Source of the DNA: Escherichia coli 042
GTDB lineage: Bacteria > Pseudomonadota > Gammaproteobacteria > Enterobacterales > Enterobacteriaceae
Assembly: GCF_000027125.1 (NCBI RefSeq)
Contig: NC_017626.1
Reading direction: 5' to 3' (one strand)
Length of the DNA: 64,000 nucleotides
How positions within the stretch are numbered: position 1 is the stretch's first letter; each line of letters begins with the position of its first letter. The notes beneath the pieces were generated by a model that was not told the origin of the DNA, ran no database searches, and saw only the letters and a program-made list of their open reading frames with translations. The translations under genes were made by a program, and so were the position numbers. Shown here piece after piece: positions 19,142-29,505 of this stretch.

Positions 19142-20769
19142 CTGTTCGACCTCTCCCCGTCCCAGGGTATCTGGACAAAAAATTGTGTGAAAATCCCGGG
19201 TTCCGATTCCACGGCGATGCTGCCGCCGAGATTTTCTACCTGTTGTTTGACAAGTGCTAAACCGACGCCTCGCTCGCTTCCTTTTGTCGAGACACCTTTG
19301 TCAAAAATGTGATCGATTTTGTCGGGTGCGATCCCCGGTCCATCATCGTTAACTTCACAGTGCAGCCAGCCGTGACGGTAGTGCAATGTTACGCTAATTT
19401 CGCCACCGGGTTCCGGCCCTAATGCTTCCAGCGCGTTTTCTATCAGATTTCCCAACGTGGTAATCAGCGTCGCGACCTGGTCTTCACTGCCGCTGTCTGG
19501 CAGCTGGCTTTCACTGTTTAAAATCAGCGTATGGCCTAAATCGGTCGCGCGGTTAATCTTGCTGATTAAAAAACCAGCGATAACCGGAGATTTGATCTTA
19601 CCCAGCAGAGAGCCAATCTCTTCCTGATAGTTATTGGCTGTTTTGAGAATGTAATCTTCCAACTGCTTATAACTCTTCAGATGCAATAATCCGAGAATCA
19701 CATGCAATTTATTCATAAATTCGTGGGACCGTTCACGAAGTGCGTCAGCATAGTTGACCAGACCGTCGAGTCGTTGCATCAGTTTACGTACTTCAGTTTT
19801 GTCCCTGAAGGTTGAAATGGCACCGATGATAACGCCATTACTGCGCACCGGAACGGTGTTGATCAGTAATAGCCGGTCTTTAATCGTAATCTCTTCGTCG
19901 CGGCGCGGGGTACCGTCGCGTAACACTTCCGAGACATCTACCACCTGTGACCACGAGTGGCTTAGCGTCGACAGTTTCTCATCGTCCTGCGACTTACGGT
20001 AATTCAGCAATTCTTGTGCGGCATCGTTGATCAGCGTGACCTCGCCGCGATCGTCCACGGCAACGACGCCTTCTTTGATAGACTGCAACATGGCCTGGCG
20101 TTGCTCAAACAGCGTGGAGATTTCGTAGGGTTCCAGGCCGAAAAGGATTTTTTTCAGTACTTTAACCAGAATGCAGGTGCCAATCAGTCCGACCAGCATG
20201 CCAAATAATACTGACCAGATAATGCTCCAGCGACTGTCATTGATCTGTTGGGTCACGCGGCTTAACTCAAGGCCGATCGCCACCACGCCAATTTGTTTAT
20301 GATTTTCATCGTAGATGGGGGTAAATACGCGTAAAGCCTGCGCCAGAAAACCGCGATTGATAGCGACATTTTCTTCGCCATTCAGCGCTTTAAGGATGTC
20401 ATCACCTTTAAATGGCTGACCAATACGCTGGGCTTCAGGATGCGAGTAGCGAAGACTTTGCATATCGGTAACGACAATAAACAGCAGATCGTTGCGTTTG
20501 CGTACGGCTTCCGCGATGGCCTGGATGCCGCTCTCCTGCGGTTTTTTCTGCAAGCCCTGACGGATTTCCGGCGAGTCGGCGAGAGTACGCGCCACTGCCA
20601 GTGCCTTGTTGGCTAGCCCGTCTCGCGTCATATCACTGATTTGCGAGAAGTAAATCAGATGCACCACCAATAGCACCGAGAACAGTACCGCGCTGACCAT
20701 TAAGATCACAGTGGTACTCAATTTCATCGGACGTTTGCGTAACATGCGGTAGGGCAATGAATGTCTCAT
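19138..20769 (-). CDS. dcuS: DcuS C4-dicarboxylate sensor histidine kinase (CitA family)
   Basis: 543 aa with two TM segments, periplasmic PAS and cytoplasmic PAS domains, and a kinase core (...HEFMNKLHVILGLLHL...). Confidence 0.97.
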   Translation of the reverse strand: MRHSLPYRMLRKRPMKLSTTVILMVSAVLFSVLLVVHLIYFSQISDMTRDGLANKALAVARTLADSPEIRQGLQKKPQESGIQAIAEAVRKRNDLLFIVVTDMQSLRYSHPEAQRIGQPFKGDDILKALNGEENVAINRGFLAQALRVFTPIYDENHKQIGVVAIGLELSRVTQQINDSRWSIIWSVLFGMLVGLIGTCILVKVLKKILFGLEPYEISTLFEQRQAMLQSIKEGVVAVDDRGEVTLINDAAQELLNYRKSQDDEKLSTLSHSWSQVVDVSEVLRDGTPRRDEEITIKDRLLLINTVPVRSNGVIIGAISTFRDKTEVRKLMQRLDGLVNYADALRERSHEFMNKLHVILGLLHLKSYKQLEDYILKTANNYQEEIGSLLGKIKSPVIAGFLISKINRATDLGHTLILNSESQLPDSGSEDQVATLITTLGNLIENALEALGPEPGGEISVTLHYRHGWLHCEVNDDGPGIAPDKIDHIFDKGVSTKGSERGVGLALVKQQVENLGGSIAVESEPGIFTQFFVQIPWDGERSNR

Positions 20770-20949
20770 CAGCTTCCTTGTGTGACAAATTTCTTAAGCA
20801 TTATCTCTGATGAGGCGGGTAATTCAAAGGGAGTAAGAATGATTGGCTATATAGGGGAAGAGACTCTGGCAACGGAAACTGCCAGTGCTGTATGAAGATT
20901 CCAGGGCTATGCTTATAGTGAAAACCATACTGATGAGAGAGGGAAGGTC

Positions 20950-21180
20950 ATGGATCAGGCGCTACTGGACGGGGGTTATCGCTGTTATACCGGCGAAAAG
21001 ATCGATGTCTATTTCAATACTGCGATATGTCAGCATTCTGGCAATTGCGTACGTGGCAACGGCAAGTTATTTAATCTCAAACGAAAGCCGTGGATCATGC
21101 CGGATGAAGTCGACGTTGCCACTGTGGTTAAAGTGATTGATACGTGCCCGAGCGGCGCGCTGAAATACCGTCATAAATAA
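20950..21180 (+). CDS. yjdI: YjdI small Cys-rich (Fe-S-type) protein
   Basis: 76 aa, [36 protein letters not shown]...[11 protein letters not shown]; same position as in K-12. Confidence 0.85.
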   Translation: MDQALLDGGYRCYTGEKIDVYFNTAICQHSGNCVRGNGKLFNLKRKPWIMPDEVDVATVVKVIDTCPSGALKYRHK

Positions 21181-21191
21181 GCGAGGGTAAA

Positions 21192-21464
21192 ATGGAAATA
21201 CGCGAAGGCCACAATAAATTTTACATTAATGACGAACAGGGCAAGCAAATCGCTGAAATTGTCTTTGTGCCGACCGGAGAGAATTTAGCGATTATCGAAC
21301 ATACCGATGTCGATGAAAGCCTGAAAGGGCAAGGGATTGGTAAACAGCTGGTTGCGAAAGTCGTGGAAAAAATGCGTCGGGAAAAACGAAAAATTATCCC
21401 ACTATGCCCATTTGCGAAACACGAATTTGATAAAACGCGTGAGTATGATGATATTCGAAGTTGA
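21192..21464 (+). CDS. yjdJ: YjdJ GNAT-like small acetyltransferase-fold protein
   Basis: 90 aa, [27 protein letters not shown]...GQGIGKQLV...; starts 11 nt after yjdI. Confidence 0.85.
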   Translation: MEIREGHNKFYINDEQGKQIAEIVFVPTGENLAIIEHTDVDESLKGQGIGKQLVAKVVEKMRREKRKIIPLCPFAKHEFDKTREYDDIRS

Positions 21465-21692
21465 TGGGAGAGTACAGAGTCACGATATTTTTCTTGCTCT
21501 CCGCGGTGTGATGCAGGAGAGTATCTGAAGGGTAGGGGGATGCACAAAGAATGGTCAGAGAGAGCGTTTTTTTGTCCCAAGTCATCCCCTTTACTGAGCA
21601 AAAAAAAAAGAATATCTCCTATATGAAAATCATCGATCGGGGTTAATAAGTTTTGCGTCCCCAGAGCGTTCAATATTGATAGGAGTCATATT

Positions 21693-21989
21693 ATGGAAGG
21701 TAAAAACAAGTTCAATACTTATGTTGTTTCTTTTGATTATCCATCATCTTATTCCTCAGTGTTCTTAAGGTTAAGATCATTGATGTATGATATGAATTTC
21801 TCCTCTATCGTGGCTGATGAATATGGGATACCACGACAATTGAATGAAAACTCCTTCGCAATAACGACATCGTTAGCCGCAAGTGAAATCGAAGATTTAA
21901 TCAGGCTTAAATGCTTAGACTTACCGGATATTGACTTTGACCTCAACATTATGACAGTTGATGATTATTTCCGTCAGTTTTACAAGTAG
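21693..21989 (+). CDS. ghoS: GhoS type V antitoxin (endoribonuclease)
   Basis: 98 aa, MEGKNKFNTYVVSFDYPSSYSSVFLRLRSLMYDMNF...; followed by ghoT. Confidence 0.9.
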   Translation: MEGKNKFNTYVVSFDYPSSYSSVFLRLRSLMYDMNFSSIVADEYGIPRQLNENSFAITTSLAASEIEDLIRLKCLDLPDIDFDLNIMTVDDYFRQFYK

Positions 21990-22016
21990 CCAGGAAGGAT
22001 AAGAAGAACATAAAAA

Positions 22017-22190
22017 ATGGCACTATTCTCTAAAATATTAATTTTTTATGTGATTGGTGTGAACATATCCTTTGTCATTATCTGGTTTATCTCACATGAG
22101 AAAACACATATTCGTTTACTTAGTGCATTCCTGGTCGGAATAACCTGGCCAATGAGTCTGCCTGTGGCATTACTTTTTTCTCTCTTTTAG
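22017..22190 (+). CDS. ghoT: GhoT small membrane-lytic toxin (57 aa)
   Basis: The ATG at 22017 encodes MALFSKILIFYVIGVNISFVIIWFISHEKTHIRLLSAFLVGITWPMSLPVALLFSLF* (two TM helices). Below the ORF-track cutoff; found by manual translation. Confidence 0.85.
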   Translation: MALFSKILIFYVIGVNISFVIIWFISHEKTHIRLLSAFLVGITWPMSLPVALLFSLF

Positions 22191-22265
22191 GAGCTGTAGT
22201 TGAGTGGACCCGCTGGTTATCTTGAAACGAAGCGTCTCTCCTCATAACTGGATTTGCGGAACGAC

Positions 22266-22300
22266 GAACGAAGCAGTCGCCTGACTGCTTCGTTCATTTA
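22266..22300. terminator. Hairpin between convergent ghoT and lysU
   Basis: gaacgaagcagtc-gcct-gactgcttcgttc (13-bp stem) followed by cattt on the plus strand. Confidence 0.45.
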
Positions 22301-22308
22301 AGTGAAAT

Positions 22309-23826
22309 TTATTTCTGTGGGCGCATCGCCGGGAAGAGAATAACGTCGCGAATAGTATGGCTGTTAGTAAACAGCATAATCATTCGGTCGATACCAATAC
22401 CCAGACCAGCGGTTGGCGGCAGACCATATTCCAGCGCAGTCACGTAATCTTCGTCATAGAACATGGCTTCGTCGTCACCTGCAGCTTTAGCGTTAACCTG
22501 TTCCTGGAAACGTTCAGCCTGATCTTCTGCGTCGTTTAATTCGCTAAAACCATTACCGATTTCACGACCACCGATGAAGAATTCAAATCGGTCGGTGATT
22601 TCCGGGTTAACATCATTACGGCGCGCCAGCGGAGACACTTCTGCCGGATATTCCGTAATAAAGGTTGGCTGAATCAGATGTGCTTCTGCCACTTCATCAA
22701 AGATCTCCGTAACAATACGTCCCAGACCCCAGCTTTTCTCTACCGTAATTCCGATAGATTCAGCTAATGCTTTAGCAGCATCAAAATTATCCAGGTCGGC
22801 CATATCGGTTTCTGGACGATATTTTTTGATTGCTTCGCGCATGGTGAGTTTTTCAAACGGTTTGCCGAAATCAAACACATGCTCGCCATAAGTGACTTTA
22901 GTGGTACCAAGAACCTCTTGTGCCAGGGTGCGGAACAGGGACTCCGTCAGTTCAATCAAATCGTGGTAATCCGCATACGCCATGTAGAGTTCCATCATTG
23001 TGAACTCAGGATTATGGCGAACAGAAATACCTTCATTACGGAAGTTACGGTTGATTTCGAATACCCGTTCAAAACCGCCTACAACCAGACGTTTCAGATA
23101 CAGCTCTGGCGCGATACGCAGGTACATATCTAAATCCAGAGCGTTATGATGGGTAATAAACGGGCGAGCAGATGCCCCACCTGGAATTACCTGCATCATC
23201 GGGGTTTCTACTTCCATAAAGCCGCGCGCGACCATGAACTGACGGATAGCGGCCAGAATTTTTGAACGGACAACAAACGTTTGACGGGATTTATCGTTAG
23301 CGATGAGGTCCAGATAACGTTGACGATAACGGACTTCCTGATCCTGCAGACCATGGAATTTATCTGGTAAAGGACGTAGTGCTTTAGTCAGCAGGCGCAG
23401 CTCAGTACAGTGAATGGAAAGCTCACCCGTTTGCGTCTTAAACAGCGTACCGCGGGCACCGATAATGTCACCCAGATCCCATTTTTTAAACTGATCGTTA
23501 TAAACACCTTCTGGCAGGCTATCTCTTGCAACGTACAGTTGAATACGGCCACCGACATCCTGCAACGTTACAAAGGAGGCTTTCCCCATGATACGACGGG
23601 TCATCATTCGGCCAGCAACCGAGACTTCAATGTTTAAGGATTCCAGTTCCTGGTTATCCTTCGCATCAAACTCTTCGTGCAACTGGTCAGAGGTATGGTC
23701 GCGGCGAAAATCATTGGGAAACGCCACACCTTGCTGACGTAGTGCCGCCAGTTTTTCGCGGCGATTTCTCAGTTCATCGTTAAAATCAATAGCCTCATTG
23801 GCTCCCCGTGTTTCTCGTTCAGACAT
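22309..23826 (-). CDS. lysU: LysU heat-inducible lysyl-tRNA synthetase
   Basis: ORF 22309-23853. The ATG at 23826 gives the 505-aa form [33 protein letters not shown]...; class II aaRS. The locus next to dtpC/cadA identifies lysU rather than lysS. Confidence 0.97.
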   Translation of the reverse strand: MSERETRGANEAIDFNDELRNRREKLAALRQQGVAFPNDFRRDHTSDQLHEEFDAKDNQELESLNIEVSVAGRMMTRRIMGKASFVTLQDVGGRIQLYVARDSLPEGVYNDQFKKWDLGDIIGARGTLFKTQTGELSIHCTELRLLTKALRPLPDKFHGLQDQEVRYRQRYLDLIANDKSRQTFVVRSKILAAIRQFMVARGFMEVETPMMQVIPGGASARPFITHHNALDLDMYLRIAPELYLKRLVVGGFERVFEINRNFRNEGISVRHNPEFTMMELYMAYADYHDLIELTESLFRTLAQEVLGTTKVTYGEHVFDFGKPFEKLTMREAIKKYRPETDMADLDNFDAAKALAESIGITVEKSWGLGRIVTEIFDEVAEAHLIQPTFITEYPAEVSPLARRNDVNPEITDRFEFFIGGREIGNGFSELNDAEDQAERFQEQVNAKAAGDDEAMFYDEDYVTALEYGLPPTAGLGIGIDRMIMLFTNSHTIRDVILFPAMRPQK

Positions 23827-24062
23827 TTTGGTTCCTCTAAATCCAGCTTTCAATTTAGCGTAGATAAAGAGACAGATCGGTACACTGTATTATCTGCCTC
23901 GACTATTAATAACTCAGTTTATCTTATCGAAACTAACGCTTACCTCAAGTTGATATCACTAATAAATAACCATAAAAATGGTTTAAATGACTTATTAATC
24001 TCGATTTGCTAGTGTGATAAACTGAAAGTTAATTTATTCATAACCAATTGTTTTTACGACAG

Positions 24063-25520
24063 TTAATCGTTGCTCTCCTGTATCATATTCGTCGGCGTGC
24101 TAAACAGAAAACGGGTAGCAAAGGCCAATACCACGATGATCGCGACACAAGCCAACGTCCACTCTCCCATCTGAGAAAAGAATCGCTGGTAAGCGGCAAT
24201 TGCCATACCGCTAATTTGCGACTCTGTCGTCTGCTGTGCCACGACGCCTGCCAGCCAGTTGGCGACCGCGCCTGTTGCCAGCATATAAATACCGGTTAAT
24301 ACGCCAGACATTTTCAGACGCGTGATTTGCGCAATCGCCACCGGGTCAATAAAGAGTTCAGCAAAGCCCATTAGCGCCAGCCCGGATACCATCACGCCCA
24401 TTGACGCTTGACCGCCAGCCGCTGCATGTCGGGCATCAAATGCCAGCAACATAAAGCCACAAGCCATCAGCAGTAAGCCAAAGGCAAACTTCAGCCAGAC
24501 GCGCAATGCTGAATTGCCGCGGCTTTCTGGCGACGCCAGCCAGGCCAGAACAACCCCAGCGAGCATCACCGCAATGGCATTCACCGACTGGAATAGTGCT
24601 GTAGGTACTTCAATATTGAATGCCTGACGATTCACAAAGCGATCGATAAACAAGCTGATGGTACTGCCGCCCTGTTGTGCCAGTACCCAGAACAACGTCC
24701 CGACAAACATCAACAATACAATTTGCCAAAGAGCACGGCGGTGTTCGGGGAATTTGATCATCATGCGGGCAATGATTTGTGCTGCAATGAGGCAAACGAT
24801 CGCCAGCAAATATCCGGACCAGTCGTTCTCCAGCAGCAGGGTAAAAAATACTGGGGCTAAACAGAGCATCACCACTAACCAGCTCCATACTGGTAAGGCA
24901 AATTTGACGCTAGTGAGCGCTTTCTTATCCATACTACGCGTGGACTGGAAATGACGATGACCGCTTAAGAAAATCAACAAACCGATAAACATGCCGCCAC
25001 CCGCAAGGGCAAAGCCAACATGCCATCCATACCACTGAGCAGCCAGGCCGCAGGCGATGGGGGCGGCGATAGAACCGATATTGCCTGCAGCATACAGCAG
25101 CGAAAAACCGCCATCACGTCGATGATCGTTCTCGTCGTAGAGCTCGCCAAGCAAACAGCTGATGTTTGATTTGAATAAACCGTAGCCACAAATAATGATT
25201 GCCAGCGCCAGATACAGGCTAAAGGTTGAATTTGTATCAATGCCCAGCACTACATGGCCAAGGGTCATTAACAGCGCGCCGGCAATCACTGCAGTGCGGT
25301 TGCCGAGCAGGCGGTCGGCAAGCCAGCCGCCGAGAATAGGGGTAACGTAAACCAGAGAAGCATATGCGCTGAACAGGCTGATGGCATGGTTATCATCAAA
25401 ACCAAGCTGATGGGTGAGATAGAGAATGAGTAAGGCACGCATGCCGTAAAAACTGAAGTACTCCCAGATTTGGATCGCCACGATATAGTATATCGCGCGC
25501 GGCTGTGAGGGTGTTTTCAT
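24063..25520 (-). CDS. dtpC: DtpC (YjdL) POT-family di/tripeptide permease
   Basis: 485 aa, [35 protein letters not shown]... (PTR2 signature). Confidence 0.95.
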   Translation of the reverse strand: MKTPSQPRAIYYIVAIQIWEYFSFYGMRALLILYLTHQLGFDDNHAISLFSAYASLVYVTPILGGWLADRLLGNRTAVIAGALLMTLGHVVLGIDTNSTFSLYLALAIIICGYGLFKSNISCLLGELYDENDHRRDGGFSLLYAAGNIGSIAAPIACGLAAQWYGWHVGFALAGGGMFIGLLIFLSGHRHFQSTRSMDKKALTSVKFALPVWSWLVVMLCLAPVFFTLLLENDWSGYLLAIVCLIAAQIIARMMIKFPEHRRALWQIVLLMFVGTLFWVLAQQGGSTISLFIDRFVNRQAFNIEVPTALFQSVNAIAVMLAGVVLAWLASPESRGNSALRVWLKFAFGLLLMACGFMLLAFDARHAAAGGQASMGVMVSGLALMGFAELFIDPVAIAQITRLKMSGVLTGIYMLATGAVANWLAGVVAQQTTESQISGMAIAAYQRFFSQMGEWTLACVAIIVVLAFATRFLFSTPTNMIQESND

Positions 25521-25536
25521 GTGTTCTCCTTATGAG

Positions 25537-25565
25537 CAAAAAAGGGAAGTGGCAAGCCACTTCCC
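25537..25565 (-). terminator. Rho-independent terminator of cadBA
   Basis: The minus strand reads gggaagtggcttgccacttccc followed by tttttt, 14 nt downstream of the cadA stop. Confidence 0.6.
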
Positions 25566-25578
25566 TTGTACGAGCTAA

Positions 25579-27726
25579 TTATTTTTTGCTTTCTTCTTTC
25601 AATACCTTAACGGTATAGCGGCCATCAGCCTGACGGTATGCACCGTGAATATCGGTTTCAAAGCCCGGATAGTGAGCGCCGATTTCACACAGCATCTGCA
25701 GGAACTCCAGAACCGGACGGCTTTCTTCGGTGATCATTTCACCCGGCATTACCAGAGGAACTCCCGGCGGATACGGAAGGATCATATTGGCGTTAATACG
25801 ACCGACCATTTCGTCGAGGTAAACTTCTTCGGTCATACCGTGCAGCTCTTTCTGGAACGCAGCATACGGAGTCATTACCATTGTCGGCAGCACTTCAAAT
25901 GCGCGATACATCAGATCCGGCAGATTGTGGTGAACAATCAGTTTGTGGATATTCTGAGCCAGTTCCTGAATACGCATGTTTTCATAGAATTCAGGATCTT
26001 CACGATACAGAGACGGCAGCATGTTTTTCACACGCAGGTTCAGATCGAACGCACGTTTGAAGTCAGTCAGAGCACGCAGCAGGCTCAGTGCTTTGGTCTT
26101 ATCGATACCGATGCTGAACAGGAACAGCAGGTTATACGGACCGGTTTTCTCAACAACGATGCCATGTTCGTCGAGGTATTTCGCCACGATGCTGGCCGGA
26201 ATACCGAAGTCGCTCATGGTGCCGTCTTTTTCCATCCCCGGAGTCAGCAGGGTGACTTTGATCGGGTCAAGATACATGTGCTCGTTATCGATGTTTTTGA
26301 AGCCGTGCCAGGTGCTGTCAGAACGCAGCGGCCAGCATTCAGTCGTATCGATATGATCCGGCTGCCATACATCAAAGAACCAGCCATCAGATTCCGTTCT
26401 CAGGCGTTTGATCTCTTTACGGAATTTGATCGCACGTTCAATGGAACCGTTGATCAGACGCTTACCAGCATTACCTTTCATCATCGCCGCAGCGGTTTCA
26501 GTGGACGCCACGATACCGTAGTGCGGAGAAGTGGTGGTGTGCATCATGTAGGCTTCGTTAAAGGTTTCTTCGTTTACGTCACCTTTAACGTGGATCATGG
26601 AAGCCTGAGAGAATGCCGCCAGCAGTTTGTGAGTGGACTGGGTTTCGTAAATCACTTTCCCTTCTACACGGCCACCGCTCATACCGCATTTACCTTCGTA
26701 AATCGGTGAGAAGTTGGTGTAAGGCACCCACGCGGAGTCAAAGTGGATGGATTTGACATCCAGTGTTTTCTTGATGAAGTCGGTGTTGTACAGCAGACCA
26801 TCATAGGTAGAGTTAGTAATTACAGCATGTACCGGCCAGGTTGCGTTTGGTGTTTCTTTCACGCGCTTAGCAATGGTAGCGTGCTGGAATTCACTCTGTG
26901 GGATACCACCAAGAATACCGTAAGCGTTACGGGTCGGGCGGAAATAGATTGGCGTAACATCGCTCATCATCATCAGGTGGGTCAGCGATTTGTGGCAGTT
27001 ACGGTCAATCAGAATGGTGCTGCCTGCCGGAGCTGAGTACATACCAACAATTTTGTTCGCAGTGGAAGTACCGTTGGTCACCATGTAGCTGCGGTCTGCG
27101 TTAAAGACGCGAGCAATATACTGTTCTGCTTCTTTGTGTGGACCACTGTGATCCAGCAGAGAACCCAGTTCAGATACTGAAATGGAAATATCAGATTTCA
27201 TGGTGTTCGGACCAAAGAAATCATAGAACAGGCTACCTACCGGGCTTTTCTGGAATGCAGTACCGCCCATGTGACCAGGAGTACAGAAAGTATATTTACC
27301 TTCACGAACATATTTAAACAATGCTTTGGTCAGCGGAGGCAGAATAGTGTTGATATATTCGTCAGTGGTCTGCTTGATCTTGTTAGCAATATCTTCAGCA
27401 GCACCCAGCGCATATTCAAAGAAGCTAATCTGTAAACGCAGGTCATTCAGGCTTACATCGAGAGTGGAATACGTATTAGCGAACGCGTACAACGGCAGGT
27501 TCTCGTTCATTTTGCTAATTTCTTCGCACAGCTCGAGATTATATTTATCCCAGTCAAAAATAACGCCGCACAGACGCGCATTGTTTTCGATCAGTTTTAA
27601 TAAGTCGTCACGGTCGTTCGGGTAAACAATCTGGAAGTTCAGACGTTCAAGCGCGCGATGAAGTTCACGGATGGGTTCTTCTTTAAAATAAACCCCCATG
27701 TGATTCAATATTGCAATAACGTTCAT
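25579..27726 (-). CDS. cadA: CadA inducible lysine decarboxylase
   Basis: ORF 25579-27765. The K-12 N-terminus MNVIAILNHMGVYFKEEPIRELHRALERL... corresponds to the ATG at 27726 (715 aa). Confidence 0.97.
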   Translation of the reverse strand: MNVIAILNHMGVYFKEEPIRELHRALERLNFQIVYPNDRDDLLKLIENNARLCGVIFDWDKYNLELCEEISKMNENLPLYAFANTYSTLDVSLNDLRLQISFFEYALGAAEDIANKIKQTTDEYINTILPPLTKALFKYVREGKYTFCTPGHMGGTAFQKSPVGSLFYDFFGPNTMKSDISISVSELGSLLDHSGPHKEAEQYIARVFNADRSYMVTNGTSTANKIVGMYSAPAGSTILIDRNCHKSLTHLMMMSDVTPIYFRPTRNAYGILGGIPQSEFQHATIAKRVKETPNATWPVHAVITNSTYDGLLYNTDFIKKTLDVKSIHFDSAWVPYTNFSPIYEGKCGMSGGRVEGKVIYETQSTHKLLAAFSQASMIHVKGDVNEETFNEAYMMHTTTSPHYGIVASTETAAAMMKGNAGKRLINGSIERAIKFRKEIKRLRTESDGWFFDVWQPDHIDTTECWPLRSDSTWHGFKNIDNEHMYLDPIKVTLLTPGMEKDGTMSDFGIPASIVAKYLDEHGIVVEKTGPYNLLFLFSIGIDKTKALSLLRALTDFKRAFDLNLRVKNMLPSLYREDPEFYENMRIQELAQNIHKLIVHHNLPDLMYRAFEVLPTMVMTPYAAFQKELHGMTEEVYLDEMVGRINANMILPYPPGVPLVMPGEMITEESRPVLEFLQMLCEIGAHYPGFETDIHGAYRQADGRYTVKVLKEESKK

Positions 27727-27805
27727 AGTCATATCTCCAGGTAAAAAAGGCCCCTCCCAACACATGGGACAAAATGAAAGGAGGAGCCTCGGAAAATACT
27801 TTTAA

Positions 27806-29140
27806 TTAATGTGCGTTAGACGCGGTGTGGTTATCCATTGAGTGGCTCTGGCGCTCGTGCATTTTGCGAGCGTAGAACATCAGAATAATCAGGCTGACGA
27901 TGAAGGTACCTGCCAGCTCGAAGGAGCTTGCGCCCATCAGCGCGATGAAGCAGAACACGCAACCCAGTACAGAGCAGATCAGGCTGACAAAGTTGCGGAT
28001 GTTAACGCCTTCAAAACGAATCAGGTCAACGCAAGAGTAGAAGTACGGCAGCATAGTCAGCAGTACTGCGATACCGGTCAGTTCACCGAACAGGTCAGAT
28101 GCTTTACCACCGGCAGAGTTCATCAGAGTGATGAGGATCATCAGGGCAGTCATTTTCACTGCAGCCAGCAGCAGACCTTTTTTCGGAATACCGTTGCTGT
28201 CGACTTCACCATAAACTTTCGGGAAGTTACCGTCGTTAGCGGCACGTACACCTGCCTGGCCTACCAACATCATCCAGGAGCCCAGAGAAGTCAGGCACGC
28301 AAAGGCGGTGAATGCAGAAACCAGCGGCGCAGCCCAGTTACCGAGGATAGTTGAAGCACTGATTGCAAACGGAGCACCGGAAGCTGCCATTACAGAAGAC
28401 GGATACATACCGGAAAGCACCTGAGTCGCAGCGATATAAACAATACCTGCTAAACCAGTACCCAGCATGGTTGCCAGCGGAACGGTACGTTTCGGGTTTT
28501 TAACCATACCAGTACTTACTGCTGCGGATTCAACACCCACGAAGGCCCACAGGCAGAGCAGAATACTTTTAATGATCGCATGACCATCAGTGGTATCCGC
28601 AGTATTCCAGTTAGCTGCATAAGTTGCAGCATCAAACCAATGCCAGCCAACAATAGCAGTCATCACCACAGGAATAAGAACCAGCACCAGACCAATAGTG
28701 GTTAAACGGCTTACCCAGGTACCGCCGAGCATATTTACAAAGGTAAATACCCAGACGATAGCAATACAGGCGATACCCGCCGGAACAGGATCATTTAATA
28801 CTGGGAAGAAGGTGGAAAGATAAGATACAGCGGTAATACCAATCGCCAGGTTACCAATCCAGTTAGCATGGTAATAAAGAACACCTGTCTGAAAACCAAA
28901 TGCAGGGGAAATTTCTCCGGCATAAGCAATTGGGCCACCTTGTTGCGGGTTTTTTGTTGCCAGTCGGGCATATACATACGCCAGCGACATTGCACCAATA
29001 ATAGAGATAATCCAACCCCAGATAGCAATACCACCGATACTTGCTAGGTTCGCAGGTAATAATGCAATACCGCTCCCCATCATATTACCGGCAACCACAC
29101 CGGTACAGGCAAATAGCCCGATCTTCTTGGCAGAACTCAT
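27806..29140 (-). CDS. cadB: CadB lysine:cadaverine antiporter
   Basis: 444 aa, [34 protein letters not shown]...; APC family. Confidence 0.97.
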   Translation of the reverse strand: MSSAKKIGLFACTGVVAGNMMGSGIALLPANLASIGGIAIWGWIISIIGAMSLAYVYARLATKNPQQGGPIAYAGEISPAFGFQTGVLYYHANWIGNLAIGITAVSYLSTFFPVLNDPVPAGIACIAIVWVFTFVNMLGGTWVSRLTTIGLVLVLIPVVMTAIVGWHWFDAATYAANWNTADTTDGHAIIKSILLCLWAFVGVESAAVSTGMVKNPKRTVPLATMLGTGLAGIVYIAATQVLSGMYPSSVMAASGAPFAISASTILGNWAAPLVSAFTAFACLTSLGSWMMLVGQAGVRAANDGNFPKVYGEVDSNGIPKKGLLLAAVKMTALMILITLMNSAGGKASDLFGELTGIAVLLTMLPYFYSCVDLIRFEGVNIRNFVSLICSVLGCVFCFIALMGASSFELAGTFIVSLIILMFYARKMHERQSHSMDNHTASNAH

Positions 29141-29345
29141 GCTCTTCTCCTAATTTCATTTTTGAATTTGGAGTCCGGGTCATGATGTATAACTATTTCC
29201 TGACCAGACCAAACTGGCGCTAAGAATACTCACGAAAAAAGGATTAATCCTAAAGATTAGGTGAAATAACACAAAAGTTTCTGTAAGTGAGAACTTGAGG
29301 TTTTTTATTAACACATCAGGATCGCAAGTTGATATCATGAAAAGA

Positions 29346-29362
29346 TAAACATTCAATGTTTA
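29346..29362. promoter_or_regulatory. Palindrome in Pcad, candidate CadC Cad1 site
   Basis: taaacat-tca-atgttta (7-bp perfect arms) lies about 214 bp upstream of the cadB ATG. Position and quasi-palindromic nature fit what is described for the Cad1 CadC-binding site. The transcription start was not determined here. Confidence 0.45.
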
Positions 29363-29505
29363 CAATGGATTGCGGGACATTTTCTGGTTAAATTTATGTA
29401 ATAAAAATTATGCGGCAAATAAATTGCCGCAACATATTATACCAACAGAAACATACAAAAACTCAACAATAAATATTGCCGAGCATAAATCAACCCGGGA
29501 GTTAC

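Noticed and set aside
25645-26709. 354-aa plus-strand ORF inside cadA
   Set aside because: It is antisense to full-length cadA, a typical shadow frame of a highly expressed, codon-biased gene.
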